The notes: generated by a model from the letters alone, not told the origin. A DNA stretch of 64,000 nt from an uncultured Verrucomicrobia subdivision 3 bacterium (GCA_937890005.1 CALBZA010000085.1:2366-66365), one strand, 5' to 3'. Numbered from the stretch's first letter, positions 39,293-49,434 are shown. Numbers and translations: made by a program.

Positions 39293-39493
39293 TTACCGAA
39301 TACCGCTTCCGCTGCGGGTGCCGGAATCAATTCCTGTTTGGGTTGTCGTATCGCTTCCCACTCCCAATCCGGTGGTGCCCTGTTCGCGAATTCCGCCGTG
39401 CAACATTTCGGTGGGATCATCCGCGCCGCCCTGAAATCGGGCGCAGCCATTCAGAAGAGCGATCAGTGAACACAGAAGACAGACGCGTTTCAT
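39293..39493 (-). CDS. small G/T/S-rich lipoprotein (66 aa)
   Basis: MKRVCLLCSLIALLNGC lipobox, with an internal ATG at 39493 in track ORF 39293..39592. Confidence 0.45.
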   Translation of the reverse strand: MKRVCLLCSLIALLNGCARFQGGADDPTEMLHGGIREQGTTGLGVGSDTTTQTGIDSGTRSGSGIR

Positions 39494-39767
39494 AGGTGCC
39501 CTTTCGATTTGGGACTGTTCCGGGAGCAATGACCCGGAACAGTCCCTCATGCAGTCACCGGCACCCTCGTACCCTGCCGGCATTCTCCCCACCCCAATAA
39601 ACCTCTTCGTAACGCCAACACAGTAACGTCTTCAAAAATGCCAACCATGGGGAGAACGCGGTAAAAGCGGGCGGGAGAGCTACGCCTTCCAGGGGAGGGG
39701 GAACTTTCCCTATGCGACATTGCGGCGGCGTTCATTGATTTGGCTCCGGGCTGTGCCAGTGTTTCCT

Positions 39768-40292
39768 ATGGCTCCAAGAAAAAAGAAAAAGGTGACGAGG
39801 AAACCGGCCGCTGCCACCGACGACATTCTGGGCGGAACCGCCCCGGCAAAACCCTTTCGACCTCCTGCACGATGGAGGCAACATTACAAGCGGCTCGTCG
39901 CGATGAAAAATTACCTGTTGCAACGACAGGGCGGGCTGGTCGAATCCGCGCGCGAGGAGCAAAGCGCCTTCAGCCAGCACATGGCGGATGCGGGAACGGA
40001 CAGCTTCGATCGCGACCTTGCCCTGAGCCGGGCGTCATCAGAACAGGATGCCCTTTACGAAATCGACGAAGCCATCGAACGCATGCGCGAGCGCAGCTAC
40101 GGCATTTGCGAACTGACCGGCAAACCGATCGAGCCTGCGCGGCTTGAGGCGATTCCCTGGACACGTTTTTCTCTCAAGGCCGAGGCCATTCTGGAACGCG
40201 AAGGTTCACTGCAACGCACCCGCCTGGCTCCACGAGCGGTCGTTCAACGCGGGATCCCCGGCGAAGGCGAACAGGATGGCGACCAGGAATGA
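39768..40292 (+). CDS. DksA/TraR-family protein with a degenerate zinc finger
   Basis: Coiled-coil region with DSFDRDLALS...EQDALYEIDEAIERM, then YGICELTGKPIEPARLEAIPWTRFSLKAE. Only one of the four canonical Cys residues is present. Confidence 0.7.
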   Translation: MAPRKKKKVTRKPAAATDDILGGTAPAKPFRPPARWRQHYKRLVAMKNYLLQRQGGLVESAREEQSAFSQHMADAGTDSFDRDLALSRASSEQDALYEIDEAIERMRERSYGICELTGKPIEPARLEAIPWTRFSLKAEAILEREGSLQRTRLAPRAVVQRGIPGEGEQDGDQE

Positions 40293-40607
40293 CTTCCTGT
40301 GTCCGATTCATCCGATTCGGTTGAATGCGCGTTGGCGATGTCTCCAATCGTCAACGCAATTAAGGGAGAACATTGCGCTCCTCAATCTCATCAGTCGCAT
40401 TTGTCTGCAGCAGGATGAGCATCTGAACTTTCCGATTTCGCCCACGAATTTCCATCGGAACGAGAGAGGACCTGATCGAAGGGTGCGACTCGGCAGCCAG
40501 AGCTTCTAAAAACACTCTGCGCAAAATGTGCGCGGCAGATTTGCCGCGCTGAGCAGTGCTTGCGCGTTTTCATCTAAATTCCCCCTTAAAATCGGCGTTT
40601 TTCCTCA

Positions 40608-40623
40608 TGGCATAGCGATTGCA
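40608..40623 (+). promoter_or_regulatory. sigma54 (-24/-12) promoter
   Basis: TGGCATAGCGATTGCA matches TGGCAC-N5-TTGCA with exact GG-N10-GC spacing. It lies 85 nt upstream of ATG 40708. Confidence 0.6.
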
Positions 40624-40707
40624 TCAGGACGTTCAGCCGCCGATCCGTTGTCGTTTCGGGCGGCGTTAACAAAAACCCAATACGAAACAAAACATAGGAG
40701 TGGCTAA

Positions 40708-41250
40708 ATGAAACTGAGTAAGTCTTTTGTAATCGCGGCCCTGGCGCTCACCTGCGCAGTCACTGGTGCCGTCGCGCAGAATGAAGGTGGTGGCCCGCGC
40801 CGTCAGGGCGGCGGAAACTTCGGTGGCGGAAACTTTGATCCCGCCGAAATGCAGCAGCGTCGCATGGAACGCATCAAGGAAACCATGGGCGTGACTGACG
40901 ACAGCGAATGGAAGGTGATTCAGGAACGCCTGACCAAGGTGATGGATGCCCAGCGCGCCGTGCTCAGCATGCGCGTGGGTGGCGGCGGACGCGGCTTCGG
41001 CGGCGGTCCTGGCGGCGGCGGCGGTGGTGGTGGTCGCGGTGGAATGTTCCAGCCCGCGCCTGAAGCCGAAGCGCTGCGCAATGCGATCGAAAACAACGCC
41101 CCGACCGAACAGGTCAAGGCTGCACTCCAGAAATTCCGCGATGCCCGCAAGGCCAAGGAAGCCGCTCTGGAAAAAGCGCAGAGCGATCTCAAAGCCGTTC
41201 TGACTGCCAAGCAGGAAGCGATTGCTGTTCAGCAGGGATTGATCGACTGA
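40708..41250 (+). CDS. secreted Spy/CpxP-like (LTXXQ-motif) protein with a poly-Gly/RGG insert
   Basis: Signal peptide, helical repeats, LTAKQ motif, and an internal GGGGRGFGGGPGGGGGGGGRGG. Confidence 0.6.
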   Translation: MKLSKSFVIAALALTCAVTGAVAQNEGGGPRRQGGGNFGGGNFDPAEMQQRRMERIKETMGVTDDSEWKVIQERLTKVMDAQRAVLSMRVGGGGRGFGGGPGGGGGGGGRGGMFQPAPEAEALRNAIENNAPTEQVKAALQKFRDARKAKEAALEKAQSDLKAVLTAKQEAIAVQQGLID

Positions 41251-41290
41251 TGCGATACCTTTGCTTCAACGAGAGTGTCTAAGTAAAACC

Positions 41291-41321
41291 GCGGCGGCTT
41301 CAGGCGTCCTGGAGCCGCCGC
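41291..41321 (+). terminator. strong hairpin (14-bp stem, one mismatch) between the Spy-like gene and gspE; a terminator or attenuator
   Basis: GCGGCGGCTTCAGG-CGT-CCTGGAGCCGCCGC. No immediate T tract follows. Confidence 0.4.
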
Positions 41322-41332
41322 CATGAATTTTA

Positions 41333-43090
41333 ATGAGCCCAGTCGTTACACAGGAATCCGCGTCGAAAGCGTTGCTCGACAAAATGGTTGCCGCCCGGCA
41401 GCTGTCTGCCAGCGATGCCCAACTCCTGCTCTCGCCCAACAGTGGTGTCAGCATCAAGTCCGAAGAGGATGTCCTGAAATGGCTGGCCGGCGAATACGGG
41501 CTCGACTACACAACGCTCGAAGATGTTGAGCCGGACAAACAGCTGCTTTCACTTTTCCCGGCACGCATTCTTCTGAAGGAGGAATTGCTGCCGCTCCAGC
41601 GCGTCAATGGCGTCGTTCAGATTGCGACGAGCCGGCTTTTCGCCACACAGGGACTCGACGCGCTCAAGAGTCTCACCGGTCTGAATCTCAAGCCGGTTCT
41701 CGCCTCCAGCGAAGCGATTCAGCGTGAGATGAAGAAGCGCCTCGGCGTTGGCGCGGATACGATCGGAACGCTGGGCGAGGAAAAAGGTTTTGAGGTCGTC
41801 GATGAAAATGTTGACGACACGGATCTCGATAATGCGGCGGAAGACGCGTCGATCATCCGGTTCGTAAACCAGGTCTTGAAGGACGCGATCGAGTTGCGCG
41901 CTTCGGACATTCACCTCGAACCGTTTGAAGATGAATTTCGCATTCGCTATCGCATCGACGGCGTGTTGCAGGACGTTTCGGTTCCGGCGCAGTTGAAGCG
42001 GTTTCAGCCCGCGATCGTTTCACGCATCAAGATTTTGAGCCATTTGAACATCGCGGAGAAACGCCTGCCCCAGGACGGACGTATCAAGATTCGCGTTGAG
42101 GATGCCGAGGTGGACATCCGCGTTTCGGTCATTCCGATGCTGCATGGCGAAGCGGTGGTCATGCGTCTGCTGCGACAGAACTCGACGCTGCGTGGATTGC
42201 GGGAGATCGGCATGGACAAGCGCGAGCTGGAATGTTTTCAGCAGGTGCTTCAACTGCCGCATGGAATCATTCTCGTGACCGGCCCCACCGGTAGCGGCAA
42301 GACATCGACGCTTTATACCGCGCTGAACGAGATCAACGATTCCGTCCGGAAGATCATCACGATTGAAGATCCGGTGGAATATCAGCTCAAGGGCGTGAAC
42401 CAGATCCAGGTTTCGGAGAAGTCCGGTCTCACGTTCGCGCGTGGGCTGCGTTCGATTCTGCGTCACGATCCGGATGTCGTTCTGATTGGTGAAATTCGCG
42501 ATCAGGAAACCGCGCAGATTGCGGTCCAGGCATCGCTCACCGGTCACCTGGTCTTCTCCACGCTTCATACCAACGATGCCCCCGGCGCTCTGACGCGACT
42601 CGTTGACATGGGCGTGGAGCCATATCTTGTGGCGTCTTCACTGGAAGCGGTGCTCGCCCAGCGCCTTGTGCGTGTGTTGTGCAAGCACTGCAAGCAGCCG
42701 GACGAATCCGCCACTGCGAAGGCGTTGAAGGCGCAGCTGGGCATTCCGGCTGAGACAGTCATTTATCGCTCGGTTGGTTGCCGCGAATGCCGTAACACAG
42801 GGTTCTTTGGGCGACACGCGATTTTCGAATGGATGGATACGGACAACGAAATCCGCCAGATGATCCTGAAACGCGCTTCGACCGATCAGATTCGCGATGC
42901 CGCGCGCCGCGCGGGCATGCGCACGCTGGCTGAAGACGGCTGGCGGTTGGTCCGATTGGGCATCACGACGGTTGAAGAAGTGTTGAGTGTCACCACGGCA
43001 AAGGAAGTGGCGCGAACGACGCACAACGAAACAGTGGACGCCGCCGCGGAAGCTCCGACTCCCGCGATGATCGCAACAAGCCGCAAATAA
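41333..43090 (+). CDS. gspE: type II secretion / type IV pilus assembly ATPase (GspE/PilB family)
   Basis: N-terminal GSPII_E_N-like domain, Walker A GPTGSGKTS, Asp/His boxes, and tetracysteine CKHC...CREC. Confidence 0.9.
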   Translation: MSPVVTQESASKALLDKMVAARQLSASDAQLLLSPNSGVSIKSEEDVLKWLAGEYGLDYTTLEDVEPDKQLLSLFPARILLKEELLPLQRVNGVVQIATSRLFATQGLDALKSLTGLNLKPVLASSEAIQREMKKRLGVGADTIGTLGEEKGFEVVDENVDDTDLDNAAEDASIIRFVNQVLKDAIELRASDIHLEPFEDEFRIRYRIDGVLQDVSVPAQLKRFQPAIVSRIKILSHLNIAEKRLPQDGRIKIRVEDAEVDIRVSVIPMLHGEAVVMRLLRQNSTLRGLREIGMDKRELECFQQVLQLPHGIILVTGPTGSGKTSTLYTALNEINDSVRKIITIEDPVEYQLKGVNQIQVSEKSGLTFARGLRSILRHDPDVVLIGEIRDQETAQIAVQASLTGHLVFSTLHTNDAPGALTRLVDMGVEPYLVASSLEAVLAQRLVRVLCKHCKQPDESATAKALKAQLGIPAETVIYRSVGCRECRNTGFFGRHAIFEWMDTDNEIRQMILKRASTDQIRDAARRAGMRTLAEDGWRLVRLGITTVEEVLSVTTAKEVARTTHNETVDAAAEAPTPAMIATSRK

Positions 43091-43093
43091 GCC

Positions 43094-44365
43094 ATGGCAC
43101 TGTTTCAATACAAAGCGCTCCAACCGAACGGAGCGATGACGGAAGGCCAGATCGAAGCCTCAGGCAGACACGATGCATTCCGGCAGATTGAAGTGCTTGG
43201 CCTGCGCCCGGTCAGTCTTGCCGAGAGAAATGGTTCAGCAAACGGTGCCAGGGTGAACGGTGTTTCCAAAGCGCCATCATCCGGTGCGCCGAGTCTCGGA
43301 AACCTTTCCATCAGTTTTCAATCGAAGAAAGTTTCCGCGAAGGACCTTGAAAATTTCACGCGCCTTCTCTCGAGCCTTCTCGCTGCGGGAGTTCCATTGA
43401 GCCGCGCGCTGGTGATTCTCTATCGAGAAGCCAGCAATCCGGTCGTTTCCGAAAAGTGGAAGGAAGTTCACGATCAGGTCATCGACGGCATGTCACTCGC
43501 CGATGCGATGGCGAAGTCGCCGGAGACGTTTCCGCGCGTTTACACCGCGATGGTGCAGGCGGGCGAGACCGGCGGTTTTCTCGATCTCGTGCTGAATCAG
43601 ATCGCCGACTTCCAATCGCGGGAGAAGGAGCTGAAGTCGAAGGTGGTGACGGCGATGCTCTATCCGATCATCCTTTTGGTTCTCGCGCTCGGAGTGCTCG
43701 CGTTTTTGATGGTGTTTTTCATTCCGCGATTTCAGAAAATTTTCTCCGGCTTTGGCGGCGATCTGCCTCTGATCACGCAGGTGATTGTCGGCGCCAGCAA
43801 CATCATTCGATCCTATGGGCTGATCGTTCTGATTGGAACGGTGATCGGCGTCCTGTTGTTGCGCAGCTGGTTTGCGTCGGAAGCAGGCAAGCGCGTTTGG
43901 GAAGGCCTCATGTTGCGTTCGCCGATTGTCGGTCCGCTTGCGGCGCGATTCTCCATGGCGCGGTTTTGTCGCATGCTCGGGACGTTGCTCAGTGCGGGCG
44001 TTCCATTGGTGCAGGCGCTGAATGTGGCGCGCAAGTCGATCGGCAACCAGATTCTGGTCGATGCCGTTTCGCGCGCGATCGAACGGGTTCAGGAAGGCGG
44101 GCGACTGGGCGAAAGTCTTGCGGAATGCAAAGGACTGTTTCCCGGGTCGGTTCTCGAAATGATTTCCATTGCGGAGGAAAGCGGTCGTCTCGATGTGGAA
44201 CTGGTGCGCATCGCGAACGTGACCGAAAGCGACCTGGACCGGCAGTTGAAAACCGCGGTGGCATTTGCCGAGCCGGCGATGCTCTTCCTGATCGCCGGGT
44301 TTATTGGAACGATTTTCATCGGCATGCTGCTGCCCATTTTCTCTTTGCAGGAACACATTCACTAA
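43094..44365 (+). CDS. gspF: type II secretion platform protein (GspF/PilC family)
   Basis: 423 aa with two T2SSF repeats and three TM segments. Confidence 0.9.
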   Translation: MALFQYKALQPNGAMTEGQIEASGRHDAFRQIEVLGLRPVSLAERNGSANGARVNGVSKAPSSGAPSLGNLSISFQSKKVSAKDLENFTRLLSSLLAAGVPLSRALVILYREASNPVVSEKWKEVHDQVIDGMSLADAMAKSPETFPRVYTAMVQAGETGGFLDLVLNQIADFQSREKELKSKVVTAMLYPIILLVLALGVLAFLMVFFIPRFQKIFSGFGGDLPLITQVIVGASNIIRSYGLIVLIGTVIGVLLLRSWFASEAGKRVWEGLMLRSPIVGPLAARFSMARFCRMLGTLLSAGVPLVQALNVARKSIGNQILVDAVSRAIERVQEGGRLGESLAECKGLFPGSVLEMISIAEESGRLDVELVRIANVTESDLDRQLKTAVAFAEPAMLFLIAGFIGTIFIGMLLPIFSLQEHIH

Positions 44366-44384
44366 CCTGGAGACGACGACAGAT

Positions 44385-44831
44385 ATGAAACTGACATTGA
44401 TCACACGCAAGAACCCACAGGGCCGGAAACCCTCCGGCTTCACACTCATCGAACTGCTGCTCGTGCTGGCGATTCTCGGCATCCTGGCAGCCATCGTCGT
44501 TCCGCGAATGGCAGGCCGCAGCGAGGAGGCTCGCAAGCAGGCCGCAGCGTCGCAGATTTCCGCGTTCAAGACCGCGTTGAACACCTTTGAAGTGGACAAC
44601 GGTTATTTCCCGAAAGGTCAGAACGGTCTGCAGGATCTCATCCAGCGCCCGCGCGACGCGCAGAATTGGCACGGGCCGTACCTCGAAACGCTCCCGAAGG
44701 ATCCGTGGGGCAATGACTATCACTATTCCTATCCCGGACGGAACAACACGTCGGGATACGACCTCGCCTCGGCCGGTCCGGACGGACAGCTCGGTACCGA
44801 CGACGACATCACCAATTGGGCAAGACGCTGA
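44385..44831 (+). CDS. gspG: major pseudopilin GspG
   Basis: Prepilin leader ending in G|FTLIELLLVLAILGILAAIVVP, and a GspG globular domain PKDPWGNDYHY. ATG 44385 lies within track ORF 44304..44831. Confidence 0.9.
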   Translation: MKLTLITRKNPQGRKPSGFTLIELLLVLAILGILAAIVVPRMAGRSEEARKQAAASQISAFKTALNTFEVDNGYFPKGQNGLQDLIQRPRDAQNWHGPYLETLPKDPWGNDYHYSYPGRNNTSGYDLASAGPDGQLGTDDDITNWARR

Positions 44832-44837
44832 TCGATC

Positions 44838-45377
44838 ATGCGCCTGAGCATCGCCAACATTTCCCGGGACCAGAACAGCCGGAGGGGATTCACCCTCATC
44901 GAGCTGATTTTGATCCTGGCTTTGCTGGCGATCGCGACTTCGTTGGCGATGCCGACGTTGTCACGGTTTTTCCGCGGTCGGGCGCTCAGTTCGGAAGCGC
45001 GGCAGCTGCTTTCACTCACGCATGCCGGTCAGGCACGGGCGATTTCGGAAGGCTTTCCGGTGTTGCTCTGGATCGACAGCCAACAGCGTGAATATGGGCT
45101 GCAGCTCGAAGATTTTCCGCAGGACAACAGGTCCCAGGCTGTGGATGCCCGGGCGGAACAGTTCTCATTGGACAGCAATCTGTCTCTTGAAGCGCTCGAC
45201 GCTTCGCTGCTGACGTTGAATGGTCGAACCGTCAGTGCGATCCGGTTTCTGCCGGACGGAACGGCAGATGAAGCGAGTCCCACCCGGCTTCGGATCACTT
45301 CTGCCACGGGCGAAGTGCTCTGGCTGGTGCAGGCAACCAACCGATTGAGTTATGAAATTCGCTATAGCGACCGCTGA
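44838..45377 (+). CDS. minor pseudopilin, GspH-like
   Basis: Leader RRG|FTLIELILILALLAI. Confidence 0.7.
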   Translation: MRLSIANISRDQNSRRGFTLIELILILALLAIATSLAMPTLSRFFRGRALSSEARQLLSLTHAGQARAISEGFPVLLWIDSQQREYGLQLEDFPQDNRSQAVDARAEQFSLDSNLSLEALDASLLTLNGRTVSAIRFLPDGTADEASPTRLRITSATGEVLWLVQATNRLSYEIRYSDR

Positions 45378-45810
45378 GAGGAATTTCAACGCTTCATGCG
45401 GACGTGTTGCGACGAAGCGCCGCGAGCGCGGATTCACGCTCGCTGAGGTGCTCGCGGCGATGCTGTTCATGGCCATCGTTGTGCCTGTGGCAGTCGAGGC
45501 GTATCGCGTTGCGAGTCTTGCCGGCGAAGTGAGCGTTCGAAAAGCCGAGGCAATACGTGTTGCCGATCGCGTTCTCAACGAAAGCATCGTCACGACGAAT
45601 TGGACCGCATCCAGCCTGAATGGAACCGTCATTGAAGGCTCGACGGAGTATCGCTGGACGCTGAAGACCCAGACATGGCCGGTGGATTCGATGATGCAGC
45701 TGTTGATTGCCGAGGTGGCGTTTAACGCCGGCGGCAGGGAATATAACGTTCGCCTCAACACACTCGCATTGCCGCCGACCTTCGGCGGAGGAATGGGATC
45801 CGGCTTATGA
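45352..45810 (+). CDS. minor pseudopilin, GspI-like
   Basis: Leader RERG|FTLAEVLAAMLFMAIV; small size. Confidence 0.65.
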   Translation: MKFAIATAERNFNASCGRVATKRRERGFTLAEVLAAMLFMAIVVPVAVEAYRVASLAGEVSVRKAEAIRVADRVLNESIVTTNWTASSLNGTVIEGSTEYRWTLKTQTWPVDSMMQLLIAEVAFNAGGREYNVRLNTLALPPTFGGGMGSGL

Positions 45811-46517
45811 ACATTCGCCATTCCCAATCCGCAATCAGATCGCGCGCTTTCACACTGATCGAGCTGATTCTCGGCATCGGCATCATGGCCATTGTGCTGG
45901 TCGCCATCAATGCGGTCTTCATGAGCACGATGCGATTGCGCGATCGAACGACCGTGTCCGTTGAGGAAGCGCTTCCGGTGCAGCAAACACTTTTGACACT
46001 GCGCCGTGATATTCAGGGCGCAGTGCCTCCGGCCGGCTTTGGAATGCTGGCGGGTGATTTCAAGGTGGGAGATGTCGTCAGCACAGGAAACGGTTTGCCG
46101 GTCCGGATGGAGTTCACGACTACGACCGGAATCGTGCGCGACGATGAGCCATGGAGCGAAATGCAACGGGTGACCTACGGCCTGCGCATGTCGTCCGACC
46201 GCAACATTGCGGGTAGCGACCTGTATCGCTGTGTTACGCGCAACCTGCTCGCCACCATGGTTCCCTATCCCGAGGAACAGTGGATGATGAGCGGTGTGGA
46301 GAGCTTTGAGGTGAGCTGTTACGACGGCATCCAATGGCGGGAGTATTGGGACACGTCGTTTACAGATACGAATTTGCCGACGGCGGTGCGCATTCGAATC
46401 GTGCTCGCGAGCCAGGATCGGGTGAATGATGTCCGGCCGCTGGAAATGGTGGTTCCCATTGGAACGCAGTCGCGAACGAATCTGCTGGAAAGCAGCATGG
46501 AGGGAGCGACGCAATGA
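45807..46517 (+). CDS. minor pseudopilin, GspJ-like
   Basis: Leader RSRA|FTLIELILGIGIMAIV, with Ala rather than Gly at position -1. Confidence 0.65.
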   Translation: MNIRHSQSAIRSRAFTLIELILGIGIMAIVLVAINAVFMSTMRLRDRTTVSVEEALPVQQTLLTLRRDIQGAVPPAGFGMLAGDFKVGDVVSTGNGLPVRMEFTTTTGIVRDDEPWSEMQRVTYGLRMSSDRNIAGSDLYRCVTRNLLATMVPYPEEQWMMSGVESFEVSCYDGIQWREYWDTSFTDTNLPTAVRIRIVLASQDRVNDVRPLEMVVPIGTQSRTNLLESSMEGATQ

Positions 46518-47971
46518 ACGTTCGTTTCCAGTCTCGTGCGGTTTGTCGGGGGAAAAGCCAATCGCCGATAGCCGGTAGTCAACGGATGACAGCCATTCGC
46601 CAATCGCTGGCAGCTGATAGACGGGTGTGTGGTCGGCGTGGGGAGCGTGGTTCGGTGCTGGTGATCGTGTTGATGATTACGATCGGCATGATTTCGATCT
46701 CGATCTACTTTGCGAATTCAATGTCGCTGGAGCTGCGGGCTGCGGACAATCGTTCGTCGGGGCTTGCGGCGGAACAGGCGATTGAAGGTGCGGCGCGTTA
46801 TGTCGCATCCATACTTTCCTTCTACGGTACGAATGGAATCGTTCCGGAAGTGGGTGAATACGCAGCTGAAGCGGTTTCGCTCGGAACATCATTGATCCCG
46901 GAGGAGAACCCGCATTTCTGGCTGCTTGGGCGAAACAATGGCGGAACAATCGAAACGACGCCGCATTTCGCACTGGTGGATGAAGCGTCCAAGCTCGACC
47001 TGAATGCACCGTGGCTCACGGCGGATATTCTGGTATCGAACATTCCCTACATGACCTACGAGTTTGCCGAGGCGATCATCGACTGGCGCAGCACCAACGA
47101 CACGGCGGGAATGTCCTTGAACTACGGTCAGCTCGGCTATGTGACGAAGCACGCGCCCTTCGAAACGGTGGGTGAACTGCGGCTCGTTTACGGCGCCGAC
47201 CCGGAATATCTGAAGGGTGAGGATTTGAACCAGAACGGAATCCTCGACGGCAATGAAGTGGACCGGAACGGAAATGGAGTGGCCGATCGCGGCATGCTCG
47301 AATTCTTCACGGTCTTCAATCGCCAGCCGAATGTGCGCACGGATGGTTCTTCGCTGACGAATGTCAACGACAGCGCCCAATTGTATGCGCTGATTGAATC
47401 GCGGCTGGGATCGTCCCGCGCGCAGGATGTCACCAATTCGCTCGCGCGAGCATCCGAAAGCGGGCAGGGCGAGCAATCGATTGCGAGTCTGCTGCAGTTT
47501 TATATCCGCAGCGGACTGAATTCAGACGAGTTTGCCCAGATTTATCCGGATCTGACGGCAACGACCAACAGTTATGTTGTGGGACGCGTCAATGTGAACA
47601 CCGCGCCGGTGGAAGTGCTCGCGTGTCTTCCTGGAATGGACTATGGGACGGCGCAGCAGCTCGTGAACTATCGCGATTCCACCACGGTGGATGTCCGCAC
47701 GTTTGCATGGATCGTTGATGCGCTTGGATCGAGCAGCACTGCGATTCAGGCGCTGGCGGCGGGTGACTACATCACGGCTCGAAGTTTTCAGATCACGGCC
47801 GACATCGCGGCGCTTGGACCTTTCGGGCGCGGCTATCGTCGGATGCGTTTCGTGTTCGACACGAGCGATGGAACGCCGCGCATTGTGTTTCGTCAGGACC
47901 TCACCCGGCTGGGCTGGGCGTTGGGACGGGAAACGCGCGAGACCTGGGTAACGCGCAACATGCGCCAATAG
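46514..47971 (+). CDS. minor pseudopilin, GspK-like
   Basis: RGSVLVIVLMITIGM lacks Glu5, which is typical of GspK. It also has a helix-hairpin-helix-like VNVNTAPVEVLACLPGM. Confidence 0.7.
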   Translation: MNVRFQSRAVCRGKSQSPIAGSQRMTAIRQSLAADRRVCGRRGERGSVLVIVLMITIGMISISIYFANSMSLELRAADNRSSGLAAEQAIEGAARYVASILSFYGTNGIVPEVGEYAAEAVSLGTSLIPEENPHFWLLGRNNGGTIETTPHFALVDEASKLDLNAPWLTADILVSNIPYMTYEFAEAIIDWRSTNDTAGMSLNYGQLGYVTKHAPFETVGELRLVYGADPEYLKGEDLNQNGILDGNEVDRNGNGVADRGMLEFFTVFNRQPNVRTDGSSLTNVNDSAQLYALIESRLGSSRAQDVTNSLARASESGQGEQSIASLLQFYIRSGLNSDEFAQIYPDLTATTNSYVVGRVNVNTAPVEVLACLPGMDYGTAQQLVNYRDSTTVDVRTFAWIVDALGSSSTAIQALAAGDYITARSFQITADIAALGPFGRGYRRMRFVFDTSDGTPRIVFRQDLTRLGWALGRETRETWVTRNMRQ

Positions 47972-47982
47972 TTTTTGTTTCG

Positions 47983-49434
47983 ATGAACAACATCCTGAAA
48001 ATCAATTTTGGAAAACGGCGGCATCCATCAAGCCTGTTGGGCCTCGCACTGGATGGCGGCAAGCTGGAGGCGGTGGTTCTGCGGCGGTCGAACGGATCGT
48101 TGCTGGTGTCGAACCGCATTTCTGCCGCACTGGCGCTGGATCCACTCACCGCGGATGCGGACCTCGTCGGACGCGAAATATTGAATCATCTCGAAGCGGC
48201 CGGCATTCGCGAACGTCGCTGTGTGGTCGCTCTCCCTCTCAAATGGGCGCTGGTGGCGCACACGCAGATTCCGAAGATCGATCCAGCCGACGTGCCGGGA
48301 TTTCTGGAGATTGAGGCGGAGCGTGGATTTCCGACCGATGTTGCGACGCTCCAGCTCGCAACGTCCCGCATGGTGTCCAAGGCCGGCACCGAGCATGTGA
48401 CGTTCGTTGGAATTCCACGCAATCATCTGGAACGGCTTGAGAAGGTGCTGCGCGCGGCAAAACTTCGCCCGCTCCGTTTTTCGCTCGGAATCACTTCGCT
48501 TGAACCGTCTGAGAACAGCGTTTCGGATGGAGTCATGGCGATGGCTGTTGAGGAATCCCAGGTGGCGCTTCAGATCAATGCGGCGGGTGGCGTGGCCGCT
48601 CTCCGTGCTCTGGAAGGCGTCATCGACCGTGACGGTGACCGTGTACAACACGGAGATCTGATTGCCCGCGAAGCACGCATTACGCTCGGACAGCTGCCGG
48701 ACGATCTTCGCGAGTCGGTCAAAACTATCCGCATTTATGGACCGCGACAGCAGGCCGAGAGGCTTGCGGCTGAGATTCGTCCGCGGTTTGAATCAGCGGG
48801 AATGAAGGTCGAACTGGTTCACGCTTACACGCGGGACAGCTTCGGCAAAATGTTGCCTTCGGACACGGCTGTTTCCGGCGTCTTCAGCCTTGCAGCGCGT
48901 CACCTCGTCGGAAGGGGCGATGTGTTCGAGTTCCTTCCTCCGAAAGTTTCTGCGTGGCAGCGCGCCACCGCCCGCTATGCTCCCGGCAAGCTGCGGAAGG
49001 CGGCGGCGGTTGGAATTGTGTTGCTCGTGGGCGTCGGCGGAGTGTTCGGTTATCAGCAATACCAGCTGAACTCACTCCGGATGCAGTGGAAATCGATGGA
49101 GCCGCAGGTGAAGCAGCTCAGTGGCATTTCCGAACAGATCAACAGATTCCGGCCATGGTTCGATACGGATTTCAAATGCCTCAGTCTCCTGCGGCAGCTC
49201 ACCGTGGCCTTTCCGGAAGATGGAAGCGTGACGGCAAAGACCGTCGAAATCCGTGACATGAAAACTGTTATCTGCACTGGAACAGCGGACAGCCACCTGG
49301 CGCTCAACCGCGCCATGCGCAATCTGCAGACGAATGACAATCTGGCTGTGATGCCGTGGCAGACCCGTGGCAAGTCGCCGATCCAGTTCTCGGTCGAATA
49401 CCACATCAACGGAGTGCGAAATGAAAACCGATAA
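47983..49434 (+). CDS. GspL-like assembly protein (PilM-like cytoplasmic domain + TM + PilN-like periplasmic domain)
   Basis: The call rests on position in the cluster, one TM segment (AAAVGIVLLVGVGGVFGY), and an actin-like N-terminal region. Confidence 0.6.
   Translation: MNNILKINFGKRRHPSSLLGLALDGGKLEAVVLRRSNGSLLVSNRISAALALDPLTADADLVGREILNHLEAAGIRERRCVVALPLKWALVAHTQIPKIDPADVPGFLEIEAERGFPTDVATLQLATSRMVSKAGTEHVTFVGIPRNHLERLEKVLRAAKLRPLRFSLGITSLEPSENSVSDGVMAMAVEESQVALQINAAGGVAALRALEGVIDRDGDRVQHGDLIAREARITLGQLPDDLRESVKTIRIYGPRQQAERLAAEIRPRFESAGMKVELVHAYTRDSFGKMLPSDTAVSGVFSLAARHLVGRGDVFEFLPPKVSAWQRATARYAPGKLRKAAAVGIVLLVGVGGVFGYQQYQLNSLRMQWKSMEPQVKQLSGISEQINRFRPWFDTDFKCLSLLRQLTVAFPEDGSVTAKTVEIRDMKTVICTGTADSHLALNRAMRNLQTNDNLAVMPWQTRGKSPIQFSVEYHINGVRNENR

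Noticed and set aside
40144-40509. 121-aa plus-strand ORF overlapping the end of the DksA-like gene
   Set aside because: It overlaps a supported gene in another frame, its composition does not look coding, and the region is better explained as the regulatory region of the sigma54 promoter.
43493-46514. Long minus-strand ORFs in the secretion cluster (43493..44599, 45165..46514; also 52164..53402)
   Set aside because: They lie antisense to gspF, the pseudopilin genes and the secretin gene, all of which have clear family motifs.
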